45,882 nucleotides of DNA from Aquificaceae bacterium (lineage in GTDB: Bacteria > Aquificota > Aquificia > Aquificales > Aquificaceae): assembly GCA_015487535.1 (NCBI GenBank), contig WFPN01000329.1:1-45882 (forward strand), in the 5' to 3' direction. Below are positions 9,193 to 17,904 of this stretch, in pieces. The stretch's first letter is position 1. The number at the start of each line of letters is the position of its first letter. Both the position numbers and the translations under genes were made by a program. Below the pieces are notes generated by a model, which was not told the origin of the DNA, searched no databases, and worked only from the letters and a program-made list of their open reading frames with translations.

Positions 9193-9341
9193 GGCTTTTA
9201 TGATACAGCTATAAACTTGAACAGTCAAGGAGTTTCATAAAGTTAGCTTATATCAACCATAAGCTCTTAATATTGCATATGTCTAATTAGAGCTATACAA
9301 TAAATATTGACAATTCAAAAACCTCAAAGGAGGTAGGCAAG
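9193..9341. promoter_or_regulatory. AT-rich divergent control region
   Basis: One of the longest non-coding gaps; two TTGA-N4-TCAA boxes (9217-9228, 9307-9318); AAAGGAGGT before 9342. Confidence 0.55.
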
Positions 9342-9659
9342 ATGAGGTTGATGGACGGGCAGCTAAGGAAAGACCCCCTGAAGAACAGGGGGTGGCTAAG
9401 GGCCTTTAAGAAGGCCAGGTTGGGATGGAACTACTTAAGCTTGCACAAAGATTATATCGCACTTCACGGTGAGCCCGAGACATACTTCCTCGGTAAGGCG
9501 GAAGTGTATTTGACGGAGGCTAAGCAGGTATTGGCCGAAGAGGGGCTGCACGGAACAGAGCTCGAGAGGTACATCGATCAAGGGCTGGAATGGGTCGTAG
9601 ATGCTGGCCTTAAGGTCCTTAGGAGGGACACGGCAGAGCTTGTTAAGGAGGTGCTGTGA
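9342..9659 (+). CDS. Hypothetical early protein
   Basis: Strong RBS; coupled to the next ORF. Confidence 0.7.
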   Translation: MRLMDGQLRKDPLKNRGWLRAFKKARLGWNYLSLHKDYIALHGEPETYFLGKAEVYLTEAKQVLAEEGLHGTELERYIDQGLEWVVDAGLKVLRRDTAELVKEVL

Positions 9660-10087
9660 TGGGGTGGTCTAAACATGAAGACTGGGCGCTTGAAGCGACT
9701 TATCACGGGGAAGGGTATGAACCTCCCCGTGTGGAAAAGGTTGAGCTGGATGTTGTAGGAGGGAGGTTGTACGCTATTGTGGTTTTCTCCGACGGAACTC
9801 GGGAGCCGGTTGATATAACTGACGCAAACGTTTGCGCTGGTATAGCAGGTGTTGTGGAAGATGCCCGTGCTGCTAAAGAGTTATTTATAAAAGCTTACGG
9901 AGAGGACAAATACAGGGAGGCCATGGGAAAGATCGAGGAGAACGTTAACAGGTTAAAGCAGGAGTTCCCTCACAAGTCAGACATGGAGGTGGCCTTGGCG
10001 GTCGCTAAGGTTAAGCTCAGGGAGGGTGAAGAACTTGGGTACGCTTTGTACAAGCTGTGGGTGCTCGAGCAGTTGGAGGTGTTGTGA
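9656..10087 (+). CDS. Hypothetical early protein
   Basis: AAGGAGGT RBS; overlapping stop/start. Confidence 0.7.
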   Translation: MMGWSKHEDWALEATYHGEGYEPPRVEKVELDVVGGRLYAIVVFSDGTREPVDITDANVCAGIAGVVEDARAAKELFIKAYGEDKYREAMGKIEENVNRLKQEFPHKSDMEVALAVAKVKLREGEELGYALYKLWVLEQLEVL

Positions 10088-10539
10088 TGTTTGCTGTAAG
10101 TACCTATGCTGTTAGCCTTGTGCAGGAAATACTGGGATGTGGTATCAGAGATTTGGAGAGGGCGTTCGAGATAGCAGATGAGGCTGGTATCGAAGAAGAC
10201 AGGCTTATAGCAAGGATAGGGGAGGTTTTCAGAGAGACAGGGGAAGTTGATCCTGTTAGATTGGCTCTCCAAGAGGCTGTTGAAGAGGCTTGTAACTATG
10301 TGATGGAGATAGTGGGAATGGATCTGAGGCCGTACCTGTGGATAGAAGGGCATTATTTGGGAACACAGATTGTAGGAGATAGGGTAGCTGTTGAGACGCT
10401 GTTAAGAAAGTTTGATGATGAGGGATTATCCGAGAGCAAAGCCCTCGGGTACGTATTAAGGGAGCTGTACATAAACCCTTTGGAGAACCCTTTGGAGGTA
10501 AGCGTGAGATGGACACAAGGGAGCTTAAAAAGGCCGTAA
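10087..10539 (+). CDS. Hypothetical acidic protein
   Basis: GGAGGT RBS; TGATG overlap at 10085-10089. Confidence 0.7.
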   Translation: MFAVSTYAVSLVQEILGCGIRDLERAFEIADEAGIEEDRLIARIGEVFRETGEVDPVRLALQEAVEEACNYVMEIVGMDLRPYLWIEGHYLGTQIVGDRVAVETLLRKFDDEGLSESKALGYVLRELYINPLENPLEVSVRWTQGSLKRP

Positions 10540-11291
10540 AAGATGTTTTAGGAAAGCCTTGTAGGGTAAGGTCTAACGGCTCTTTTAAGCATGTTGCCGT
10601 GGACTTTGGCGACTTTAGCTGGTATTTCGATGTTTACGACGGGGCTGATGCCGACTGGGTTATAGGCAGGCTTAAAGATATGAAGGGAGCTATGGAGATC
10701 CTTATGGATAAAGGTTACAGGATTGTGGGTGCATATGAAGATCACGTTAGGATACTGCGGGAAGGGTTGTACACAGAGGACATATACGCAGGATCGGCTA
10801 AAGAAGACATTTCCATCATGGAAGAGAATGTGAAACTGTTTTCCAGGCTCGAGGATTTTTGGGTAGGAGATGCCCCAAGTAAGTTTGCTGATAAGAATCT
10901 TTACGCTCTTCTCAAGGTTGCGGACGAGTTCTGGGAAAAGGGTTATGCAGTCCAGATTCGTAGTTCTTCTGTTGGGCGAAACCTGTACGTAGTAACGACG
11001 TCTTTCAGGGTAGCTGTCGATTCTGACCTGCTCTATTTTGCATATCCCTTGGTAAGGTTTGGGGGCGAGATCCTTGACTCTGATGGGGTGGATATTAATG
11101 GCAGGTTCAATCTGAGACTTCACGCTTGGATCGAAGTCAATGGGAAGTGTAGTAAACGCCTCTCGAATATAGTCGGTCTAATGAAGAATTACGGGATACA
11201 GGATGCCGAGTTTGTGCTCGGCAGTGATAGATTTGATGTTCGCTTGCCTTTTATCTACGATAACGATCAGAACGTTATTGAAATCCTGTAG
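10509..11291 (+). CDS. Hypothetical protein
   Basis: GGAGGT RBS; 260-aa ORF. Confidence 0.7.
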   Translation: MDTRELKKAVKDVLGKPCRVRSNGSFKHVAVDFGDFSWYFDVYDGADADWVIGRLKDMKGAMEILMDKGYRIVGAYEDHVRILREGLYTEDIYAGSAKEDISIMEENVKLFSRLEDFWVGDAPSKFADKNLYALLKVADEFWEKGYAVQIRSSSVGRNLYVVTTSFRVAVDSDLLYFAYPLVRFGGEILDSDGVDINGRFNLRLHAWIEVNGKCSKRLSNIVGLMKNYGIQDAEFVLGSDRFDVRLPFIYDNDQNVIEIL

Positions 11292-11296
11292 AGGAG

Positions 11297-11569
11297 GTGG
11301 GTATGATGCGAGAGACCGCCATTAAGAAGGGGATAGTTCTCTGGGACAAGGAGACTGGGGGCAACCTGATCTATGTTGAAGGAGAGATAACTGAGGTGGA
11401 CGAGAACGGGCTTGTGTGGTGGAGGGCTAAGGTTGCAAGCGGAGAGCTTATAGAGGATGTCATCGATTGGGATGTGGTGGCGGATACTTCCGAGCCAGCT
11501 TATGCGATAGTTGGCGAGCCTCCGTACAAGAGTGTGGAGCTTGAGGTTCGTTTCACAGAAGAGGTATGA
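11297..11569 (+). CDS. Hypothetical acidic protein
   Basis: GAGGAGGT RBS (start may be 11303). Confidence 0.65.
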   Translation: MGMMRETAIKKGIVLWDKETGGNLIYVEGEITEVDENGLVWWRAKVASGELIEDVIDWDVVADTSEPAYAIVGEPPYKSVELEVRFTEEV

Positions 11570-11582
11570 GGAGGTGTGTGAA

Positions 11583-11825
11583 ATGAGTAGGTTTGTTGAG
11601 GTTGATGACGGAGTTTTTGTAAACCTTGACCTTGTATTTAAGGTCAAGCTGTACGAGTACAGCTACGGGAACGAGAACTACTGTTATTGGCTTTTCATAG
11701 GCCCTTCTACAGAGATGGAGGTTGGGGCAGGTTACCTTGAGCCTTATGCTCAGTCAAGGAGGTTCCCTTCCAAGGAATTAGCCTTGGAATGGTTTCGTAA
11801 TACCGTTTTGGAGGAGGGTGCGTGA
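11583..11825 (+). CDS. Hypothetical protein
   Basis: GAGGAGGT RBS, ATG 11583. Confidence 0.65.
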   Translation: MSRFVEVDDGVFVNLDLVFKVKLYEYSYGNENYCYWLFIGPSTEMEVGAGYLEPYAQSRRFPSKELALEWFRNTVLEEGA

Positions 11826-12094
11826 TGTTTTGGAGGAGAAAAGACAGGAAGGGTGGACGAGGTGTTTATGAAGTGTTTGTTGTGAGGGATCGCCGTTCCG
11901 TTTGCAGGTTACGGAGAGACGAGCGCATATCTGTGTTCTCGGACGGCAGGGTGGTCTTGAGGTTTCCGGGTGTTATAGAGAAGAGGAGGATCGAGAGGGT
12001 AGTGGAAAATGGGAGTACAAAGGAGTATGTGCTATCCGAGCCTTTTGAGGTCATTAGACTTGAGGAGGTTAGGGATGCCGAGTGCAAGGGTTAA
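11822..12094 (+). CDS. Hypothetical protein
   Basis: GGAGGAGG RBS; overlap with upstream stop. Confidence 0.6.
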   Translation: MMFWRRKDRKGGRGVYEVFVVRDRRSVCRLRRDERISVFSDGRVVLRFPGVIEKRRIERVVENGSTKEYVLSEPFEVIRLEEVRDAECKG

Positions 12095-12509
12095 GAGGTT
12101 TGTTAAAGAGTTTTGGGAGCTGAACAAAAGTGTTCTCGAGAACAGAGACTACAGGGAGGACATATCGGATACATTCCCCGATTATTTACCCAAAGGCTGG
12201 ACATTCAAAAATGTTTCCCTTGGTTTTGATCTATGCAAGTGGACTGTGTATGCCTTTGTGTATTACTATGGGGAAGAATCCTTTGTAAAGGAGCTCTGGA
12301 AATGGTACCAGCAAAGGGGTATGAGTGTGGTTGTGCCAGAAGGATACTCCCACAGATCTAAGGCCGACATTACAAGGGTCGTGGAGCACATCGAGAAGAG
12401 GATAGACGAGATGGAGAAGAGGATTGCGGAGCTCAAGTTCCTTCTCGAGCACATAAGGAATCTGGTTGAGGACGGAACGGAGCTCGAAATTGACTTGGAG
12501 CTTGTTTAA
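12075..12509 (+). CDS. Hypothetical protein with C-terminal coiled coil
   Basis: GAGGAGG RBS, ATG 12075; IEKRIDEMEKRIAEL heptads. Confidence 0.65.
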   Translation: MPSARVKRFVKEFWELNKSVLENRDYREDISDTFPDYLPKGWTFKNVSLGFDLCKWTVYAFVYYYGEESFVKELWKWYQQRGMSVVVPEGYSHRSKADITRVVEHIEKRIDEMEKRIAELKFLLEHIRNLVEDGTELEIDLELV

Positions 12510-12528
12510 TAACGCTTATGATGTTATT
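12508..12528 (+). promoter_or_regulatory. Palindromic motif copy 2
   Basis: AATAAC-gcttatgat-GTTATT upstream of the AGGAGG of 12544. Confidence 0.75.
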
Positions 12529-12543
12529 ATATAGGAGGGCAAG

Positions 12544-13248
12544 ATGAAGAAGATCTACACTTCCTATTACAGCCTTTACTGTTCTAAAACAAGGCTTTTG
12601 AAGTCCAAGAGGCTCGCCGGGGTAAGGATAACTGTAGGGGTGCCGAGTTGGTGTAAGGAGAAGATAGAATACGAGTACCTTAAGCTCGCTCCCTTTGGCG
12701 TTCTTGGGGAAGAAGACTGGGGTGTTTACCGGGAGCTTTACTACAGTCGCATACTCGGCAGGCTTGACCCGAAAAGGGTTTACAGGGAGCTTTTAGAACT
12801 GACAAACCCTTACACCCCGGTCTTGCTCTGCTATGAACCTCCGAAGGAGGGGTACAACTGCCATAGGTGGCTTGTTGCTGAGTGGATGAAGGCTGCTGGT
12901 ATAGAAGTCGAAGAGTTTGGTTACAGGGGCTGGATAGACAAGTGGATTGCTGATCAGAGAAACCTCAAGGTTGCTGTGCCTCAGAGCAGGCAAGGCGATC
13001 TTTTTTCAGATCAGGTTAAAGAGATGGAGAGGAAGGCTAAGGAGAGGGCCAAGTATGTCAAAGTTCTTGGGTGCGAGGGGAGCGTCTGCAGGGTGGAGGG
13101 CAGTACGGGTAATGTTTATGAGGTGGATACGGAGAGAGGAACCTGTACTTGTCCCTTTTTTCAGAACCGTTGGGTCAAGTGCAAGCACATATATGCAGTA
13201 GAGAAGTATTTGGGCAAAGAGATAGAGGTTAAAGAGGTGGCCCGATGA
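12544..13248 (+). CDS. DUF488-like domain fused to a SWIM zinc finger
   Basis: KIYTSYY..., LKLAP, VLLCYE...CHRWLVAEW; C-terminal YEV...CTCP...CKHIYAV; QGDLF in the linker. Confidence 0.7.
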   Translation: MKKIYTSYYSLYCSKTRLLKSKRLAGVRITVGVPSWCKEKIEYEYLKLAPFGVLGEEDWGVYRELYYSRILGRLDPKRVYRELLELTNPYTPVLLCYEPPKEGYNCHRWLVAEWMKAAGIEVEEFGYRGWIDKWIADQRNLKVAVPQSRQGDLFSDQVKEMERKAKERAKYVKVLGCEGSVCRVEGSTGNVYEVDTERGTCTCPFFQNRWVKCKHIYAVEKYLGKEIEVKEVAR

Positions 13249-14657
13249 TATTCTTTGGTGCCCTACGAAAGCCCGAGAAGGCCTTTCTTGCTAAGCTTGG
13301 TATGGAAGGGGTTTTTGATGGAAGGGATGTTCAAGTAATCGGTAGCGGTAGCTTTACCATAGAGCAGACCCTGAGTAAGTTTTCTCCGAAAACAGTTTGC
13401 GGCAACGATATAAGTCTTCTGTCTGTGGTCATAGGGGACTACCTCGTTGGTAGAATGAGGGAAATTAGACTTAAGGACACTCGGGAGGCAGAGGCTTTTA
13501 GACCTTATGTGGAGGAAAGGCTCAACACAGATTCTCTTACTCAGGCTGCAACCATCTTAAGCGTATATCACTACACCGCCTACTTCCCGCTCAGCAATCT
13601 TTACAAAGTGAGGAAATTCAAGCAGGAGCTTTCCAAGTTTGACAAAGTCTTTGAGGGATGTATCGGCGTCCTGAAGGATTTCAAGAGTAAGGTCAGGATA
13701 GATGATTTTGTGGTCAAGGATGGTACGGAACTTGTAGGCGATAAAGAGAAGTTCTACATATGGCATCTGCCCTTCGACGAAGGGGACAGTTACCTTAAAG
13801 ACTACAGGCTTGTGAATGCTGTATTTGATTGGGATGCTCCCGAGTATAAGAAGATGACCAAAGAGAAGAACATATCTTTTTTAAGAAGGTTTGTGGAGGG
13901 AGGTTACGATTTCCTTTTCTTTACCTCTCATTATGTAGATGACTGCAAGGATTTTCTTATAGCTAAGTTCAAATACAGGGAAGGGGATACCGTATATGCT
14001 TACGGTAGAATTGGAAAGGGCAACGGAGTTTACTGGGCAAAAAGGTGGGGCCTCTCTATTAAAGACGGTAGGTACCCCCTTTTGCCTGATGATTTCGAAT
14101 TTGGTGAGGATGTAAATGTGTCTTTCAAGATCGTTAAGAGAGACGTCTTTAATTACTACCGGGAGCTGTTTATAGCTAAGGACAAGGTGAGGTTTTATGG
14201 CAACCCTTCTTCTGGGATACCCGTTCTCCTGTTCGCAAATGGCTGTCTTTTTGGTTTCCTCCTGTTTGCCCAGGATAGGTCCTCTTACAAGTTCGGGAAG
14301 AGGCCTACCGCATTCTTGCTTTCAGACTTCAGGGTAGCTTCTAATGTGCCTCGGCTCTCTAAGCTCGTGGTTATGCTCGCAAAGGCTGCTGAGTTCAAAG
14401 ACATTTATGAGAAAGCTTTTGGGGTTAAGACCGAAGAGATCATGACTGCGGTTTATACGGAGAAGCCTGTGTCTATGAAGTATGAGAGAGGAACAGGGTG
14501 GAGGTGTGTTAATAGGGCAAAGAGAAGATTCGGGGATACTGAGGTTTTTTATCTCACATATAGGGCACCTTTCGGTGAAAAGAGCCTTAGGGAGGAGTAT
14601 CTCCTATGGCTTGAGAAGCACTACAGGAGGGTTAGGCATGGGGCCGCAGAGTCTTGA
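13245..14657 (+). CDS. Adenine-methyltransferase-like Rossmann domain + C-terminal GNAT-like domain; putative DNA-modifying enzyme
   Basis: IGSGSFTIE (motif-I-like), GNDIS, VKDG, HLPF at the motif-IV position; C-terminal LLSDF...RLSKLV...TAVYTEKPVSMKY; adjacent ParB-like gene. Confidence 0.6.
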   Translation: MIFFGALRKPEKAFLAKLGMEGVFDGRDVQVIGSGSFTIEQTLSKFSPKTVCGNDISLLSVVIGDYLVGRMREIRLKDTREAEAFRPYVEERLNTDSLTQAATILSVYHYTAYFPLSNLYKVRKFKQELSKFDKVFEGCIGVLKDFKSKVRIDDFVVKDGTELVGDKEKFYIWHLPFDEGDSYLKDYRLVNAVFDWDAPEYKKMTKEKNISFLRRFVEGGYDFLFFTSHYVDDCKDFLIAKFKYREGDTVYAYGRIGKGNGVYWAKRWGLSIKDGRYPLLPDDFEFGEDVNVSFKIVKRDVFNYYRELFIAKDKVRFYGNPSSGIPVLLFANGCLFGFLLFAQDRSSYKFGKRPTAFLLSDFRVASNVPRLSKLVVMLAKAAEFKDIYEKAFGVKTEEIMTAVYTEKPVSMKYERGTGWRCVNRAKRRFGDTEVFYLTYRAPFGEKSLREEYLLWLEKHYRRVRHGAAES

Positions 14658-15591
14658 AGAGGTTGCGAGGATAGGGAAATTCAAGATAGGGTTCGTTGAC
14701 CCAAGGGATCTTAAGCTCCTTGAAAAGAACGCAAGGTATATGCCTGCGGAGATGTTTGACAGGCTTGTCCAGAACATCAAAAGGGATAAGCAACTCAGTT
14801 CTGTCCCCTTCTGCTACCTTGACCCTGAGAGTGATGAAATGGTCGTGCTTTCAGGGAATCACCGTGTCCGTGCCGCTATTGCTGCTGGGGTTGATAGGAT
14901 TCCCGTAATGTGGAATGCGGAGCCGATGACGGAGGACGAGAGGATAGCTATCCAGCTATCACACAACGCCATACAGGGGATGGATGATCTCCAGATACTC
15001 AAGGACCTGTATGAAAAGATCAATGATATTGAGTTGAGGGAATACTCGGCGGTTGACATAGCCTACGACCTGTCCGATCTGGAGGATGTTGACTCCAAGG
15101 AGATAGAGGCTGAGCTCATTGCTACTCCGGAGTTGCCCGAGAAGACCGTGATCCTACTCTTTACGGACGAAGAGGAGGAGAGGATAAGGAAGGTGCTCGA
15201 GAAGTATGAAGAGAGTATGGTGCTGATAGCCCACAAAGATCAGTACGAGAAGTTCAACGAAATAGTTGCCAAGCTCAGGGAGGAATACGATATCTTCAAC
15301 CTTTCCACGGTTTTCCTGTTGATGATAGAGGGGTTTGACAAGGTCATGGAGGGGGAGAAGAGGTTTGAAGATGTCTATGGGGGAGATATGGACGTTGAGG
15401 GCATGGTTCACTGGAGGATAGGTGGTGCGAAAGGAGTTGTGGACGTGAGAGTGGCAAGGAAGCTTAAGGGCTTCGTTGACAAGTACGGGATCGACGGCGT
15501 TGTTAACATGCTTGAGGAGTATGAGGCCAAGAGGGTTATAGATGAGCACCTTGACAGGGCGGGATTCCCTGATATTGAAGGACTTTCTTAA
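14638..15591 (+). CDS. ParB/Srx N-terminal domain protein
   Basis: KNARYM...LVQNIKRD...VVLSGNHRVRAA...QLSHNAIQG; AGGAGG before ATG 14638. Confidence 0.85.
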   Translation: MGPQSLEEVARIGKFKIGFVDPRDLKLLEKNARYMPAEMFDRLVQNIKRDKQLSSVPFCYLDPESDEMVVLSGNHRVRAAIAAGVDRIPVMWNAEPMTEDERIAIQLSHNAIQGMDDLQILKDLYEKINDIELREYSAVDIAYDLSDLEDVDSKEIEAELIATPELPEKTVILLFTDEEEERIRKVLEKYEESMVLIAHKDQYEKFNEIVAKLREEYDIFNLSTVFLLMIEGFDKVMEGEKRFEDVYGGDMDVEGMVHWRIGGAKGVVDVRVARKLKGFVDKYGIDGVVNMLEEYEAKRVIDEHLDRAGFPDIEGLS

Positions 15592-16429
15592 GAGGTACAG
15601 GGATCAAATAGTATCTCTGCGGAAGTTTCTTAGCCTTTGTCGAGGGATAGATCACTATCTTCTTTCCTTTCCCGTCCTCGCCACATACTACGACCTTCTG
15701 GGGTTGCTTGAAAAGAGGCATGTTGTTTTTTTGGATGGTCTTGTGCTTCTACTTGACAAAAAGGTTGCGGTACACTTTGGGGGAGATTACGACCTTTCCT
15801 CTCTTGAGGGCTGGGTTGTCAAAACCTCTGACAAGCTTTCTTGTGCTGGGAGGACTTTTGTTGAAACTCTGTATGACCTTGAGGAGCTTTTTGACCCTGG
15901 AAGGTACGGGAGAGAGGAGAGGAAGAAGAGGCTAAGGAGGCCTTTGAAGATTATAGAAAAAGACTGTGTTAACGTAAGGGTTTTGGAAGGGGACTGGGTT
16001 AAAAAAGCCATCAAGCTTTCTGAGAGGTGGGAGGAAGAAAAGGTTAAATCTGGAAAAGTTTATGTTCGGGGATTTCCGAAGGGTGAGTTCAGGAGAATGC
16101 TCGAGAGGTTTTTAGTGTGGAGGAAGTTTGACGTGCTGGACGGGTACCTCTTCGGCGTTTTTGTGAAGGATAAACCCTATTACATAGGGGTTGATGTTTT
16201 CATTAACCCTGAGGTGGTCTTCGGGATTTGTGGGTTCGCCCTTTACTTTGACTTTGAGAAAAGCTACGGTAATGAGGCCTTTCTTAGCGAGTGTATGTTC
16301 CTCCAGGGAAGGGGACACAAAAGGCTTAACGTAGGGTTTTCTACTGATAAAGGGGTTCGGAGGTTTAAGGAGAAATGGGTACACAGATCTCTGAAAAGCT
16401 TTCAATACAGGATCTCAAAGATTTCCTAA
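15542..16429 (+). CDS. Fem/MprF(DUF2156)-like GNAT-fold transferase, paralog 1
   Basis: ETLYDL, basic helix RKKRLRR, C-terminal RLNVGFSTDKGVRRFKEKW. Confidence 0.5.
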   Translation: MSTLTGRDSLILKDFLKRYRDQIVSLRKFLSLCRGIDHYLLSFPVLATYYDLLGLLEKRHVVFLDGLVLLLDKKVAVHFGGDYDLSSLEGWVVKTSDKLSCAGRTFVETLYDLEELFDPGRYGREERKKRLRRPLKIIEKDCVNVRVLEGDWVKKAIKLSERWEEEKVKSGKVYVRGFPKGEFRRMLERFLVWRKFDVLDGYLFGVFVKDKPYYIGVDVFINPEVVFGICGFALYFDFEKSYGNEAFLSECMFLQGRGHKRLNVGFSTDKGVRRFKEKWVHRSLKSFQYRISKIS

Positions 16430-17247
16430 AGAAGTACAAGGACAGGGTCGTATCGTTGAAAAAGGTTATAGAGGAATTTCCTCCTTTCCAAGAGCATGCG
16501 TGTTCTTTTCCTGTCAGCTCTCTTTTCCACGACCTTGTGGGGTCTTTAAGAGACGGCTCCGTTATTCTGCTTGACGGGGCTATTGTCTATCTAAAGAGCG
16601 CAACTGTTGTGCTTTACAAAGACATTCTTTACGAGTTCCCTACTGGCTTTCAGATTAAGACGCCGTTTGAGCTCCCGTACAGAAACAGAAAAAAACTTAA
16701 GGAAATTCTCTACCGGTTGCCTGACATCTTCGAGAGGTCTATGTACAGGAATTCTGATGCCTTCAGGAACAGAATGCGGTATTTGAAAAAGCTTGAGAAG
16801 GCGGGATATGCTGAGAGGGATGTGACCAGGGATAACATAGGCGATGCTGTTAAGGTGCACGACGAGTGGGTAAGGTACAAGCTTTCTCTTCCCTCCACCT
16901 TTAAGAAGTCTTTCCCGAAGGCTAAGTACATCTCCATGCTCAGGAACTGCATGAATGCGAGATTGTTCCCCTACAAGGCTCTTGTGGGTTACATAGGCGA
17001 TGAACCTGTGTCTTTGACTCTTTATCTGATCTGGCGTGGGATGGTTTATTCACTTATTGGTATTAGTAAATACTGGGAGCACAAGCACTTGTCCGAAGGA
17101 GTATTTCTCTATCAGGCGAGGAAGCTCTTGGAGGATGGGCACGAATACGTTAATGTTGGGTATGAGCAGAACAGGGGGATAGGTAACTTTAAGCGGGAGA
17201 AGTTTCCGTATATAGAGGTGGCCACGAATATTTACCTTGTCAAATAA
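16375..17247 (+). CDS. Fem/MprF(DUF2156)-like GNAT-fold transferase, paralog 2
   Basis: EILYRL, FRNRMRYL, YVNVGYEQNRGIGNFKREKFP; aligns by eye end to end with paralog 1. Confidence 0.5.
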   Translation: MGTQISEKLSIQDLKDFLKKYKDRVVSLKKVIEEFPPFQEHACSFPVSSLFHDLVGSLRDGSVILLDGAIVYLKSATVVLYKDILYEFPTGFQIKTPFELPYRNRKKLKEILYRLPDIFERSMYRNSDAFRNRMRYLKKLEKAGYAERDVTRDNIGDAVKVHDEWVRYKLSLPSTFKKSFPKAKYISMLRNCMNARLFPYKALVGYIGDEPVSLTLYLIWRGMVYSLIGISKYWEHKHLSEGVFLYQARKLLEDGHEYVNVGYEQNRGIGNFKREKFPYIEVATNIYLVK

Positions 17248-17268
17248 CGATTTTTATGTTATTATAAT
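17237..17268 (+). promoter_or_regulatory. Palindromic motif copy 3 with promoter elements
   Basis: AATAAC-gatttttat-GTTATT (17243-17263); TTGTCA (17237) 17 bp from TATTAT; TATAAT at 17263-17268. Confidence 0.75.
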
Positions 17269-17275
17269 ACCCAAG

Positions 17276-17611
17276 ATGGAAATCATTGAATATGCGACAT
17301 ACGCCGAAGGAATTGTGAACGAGGCAAGGATAAAGCTTGGAAAGGGTCTTTACGCTTACCCCTACGGAGAGTATGTTAGACAGAAGCTCGGTACAAAACA
17401 CGGATGTGTCAAGTATCGGTACATAAAGCTTAAAAAGCCCGGCAGGCTCCTCCTTATCTGCATAAGGAATAAAGAGGGTAAGAGAGGGGGTAGGACCAAG
17501 GCTATAGCTCTTCTCCGTGATAAGGATGTGGATCTCAGGGCCTTCAAGGGCAGGAGAAGGATAGTCAGGGCTATCAAAAGGTTTCGGAAGTTTAAGGAGG
17601 GTGAGCGATGA
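17276..17611 (+). CDS. Highly basic hypothetical protein, possibly leaderless
   Basis: ATG 7 nt after TATAAT with no SD; K/R-rich. Confidence 0.65.
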   Translation: MEIIEYATYAEGIVNEARIKLGKGLYAYPYGEYVRQKLGTKHGCVKYRYIKLKKPGRLLLICIRNKEGKRGGRTKAIALLRDKDVDLRAFKGRRRIVRAIKRFRKFKEGER

Positions 17612-17901
17612 TAAGGGCGATTCCTGCTTTGGGTTTAGCTGTTTCTTTGGTTTTTCCTCTTCCCCGCGACTTTTGCACCAAGCTGATCAAGCTCCTCGAT
17701 GTGTGTGCGATCGCTACCTATGAGGGTGTGCCGTGTTCAGCAGCCAGAAGTGCAGTCCTGAAAGGAGTTCTTAAAGGATCTGGGGGGAACTATCAGACAG
17801 CGAGAGACATAGCCGATCTATGTGAGGCAGTTTGTATGGCCCCTGGAGGGTATGCGGTCATGAGGGAGAGCCTTTTTGAGAAGTGCCTTGCGGGGTGGTA
17901 G
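17608..17901 (+). CDS. Small Cys-rich protein with hydrophobic N-terminus
   Basis: AAGGAGG RBS; six Cys; signal-like N-terminus. Confidence 0.6.
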   Translation: MIRAIPALGLAVSLVFPLPRDFCTKLIKLLDVCAIATYEGVPCSAARSAVLKGVLKGSGGNYQTARDIADLCEAVCMAPGGYAVMRESLFEKCLAGW

Positions 17902-17904
17902 AAA

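Noticed and set aside
10474-10497. 12-bp tandem duplication AACCCTTTGGAG x2
   Set aside because: Simple in-frame slippage duplication; too short for an array.
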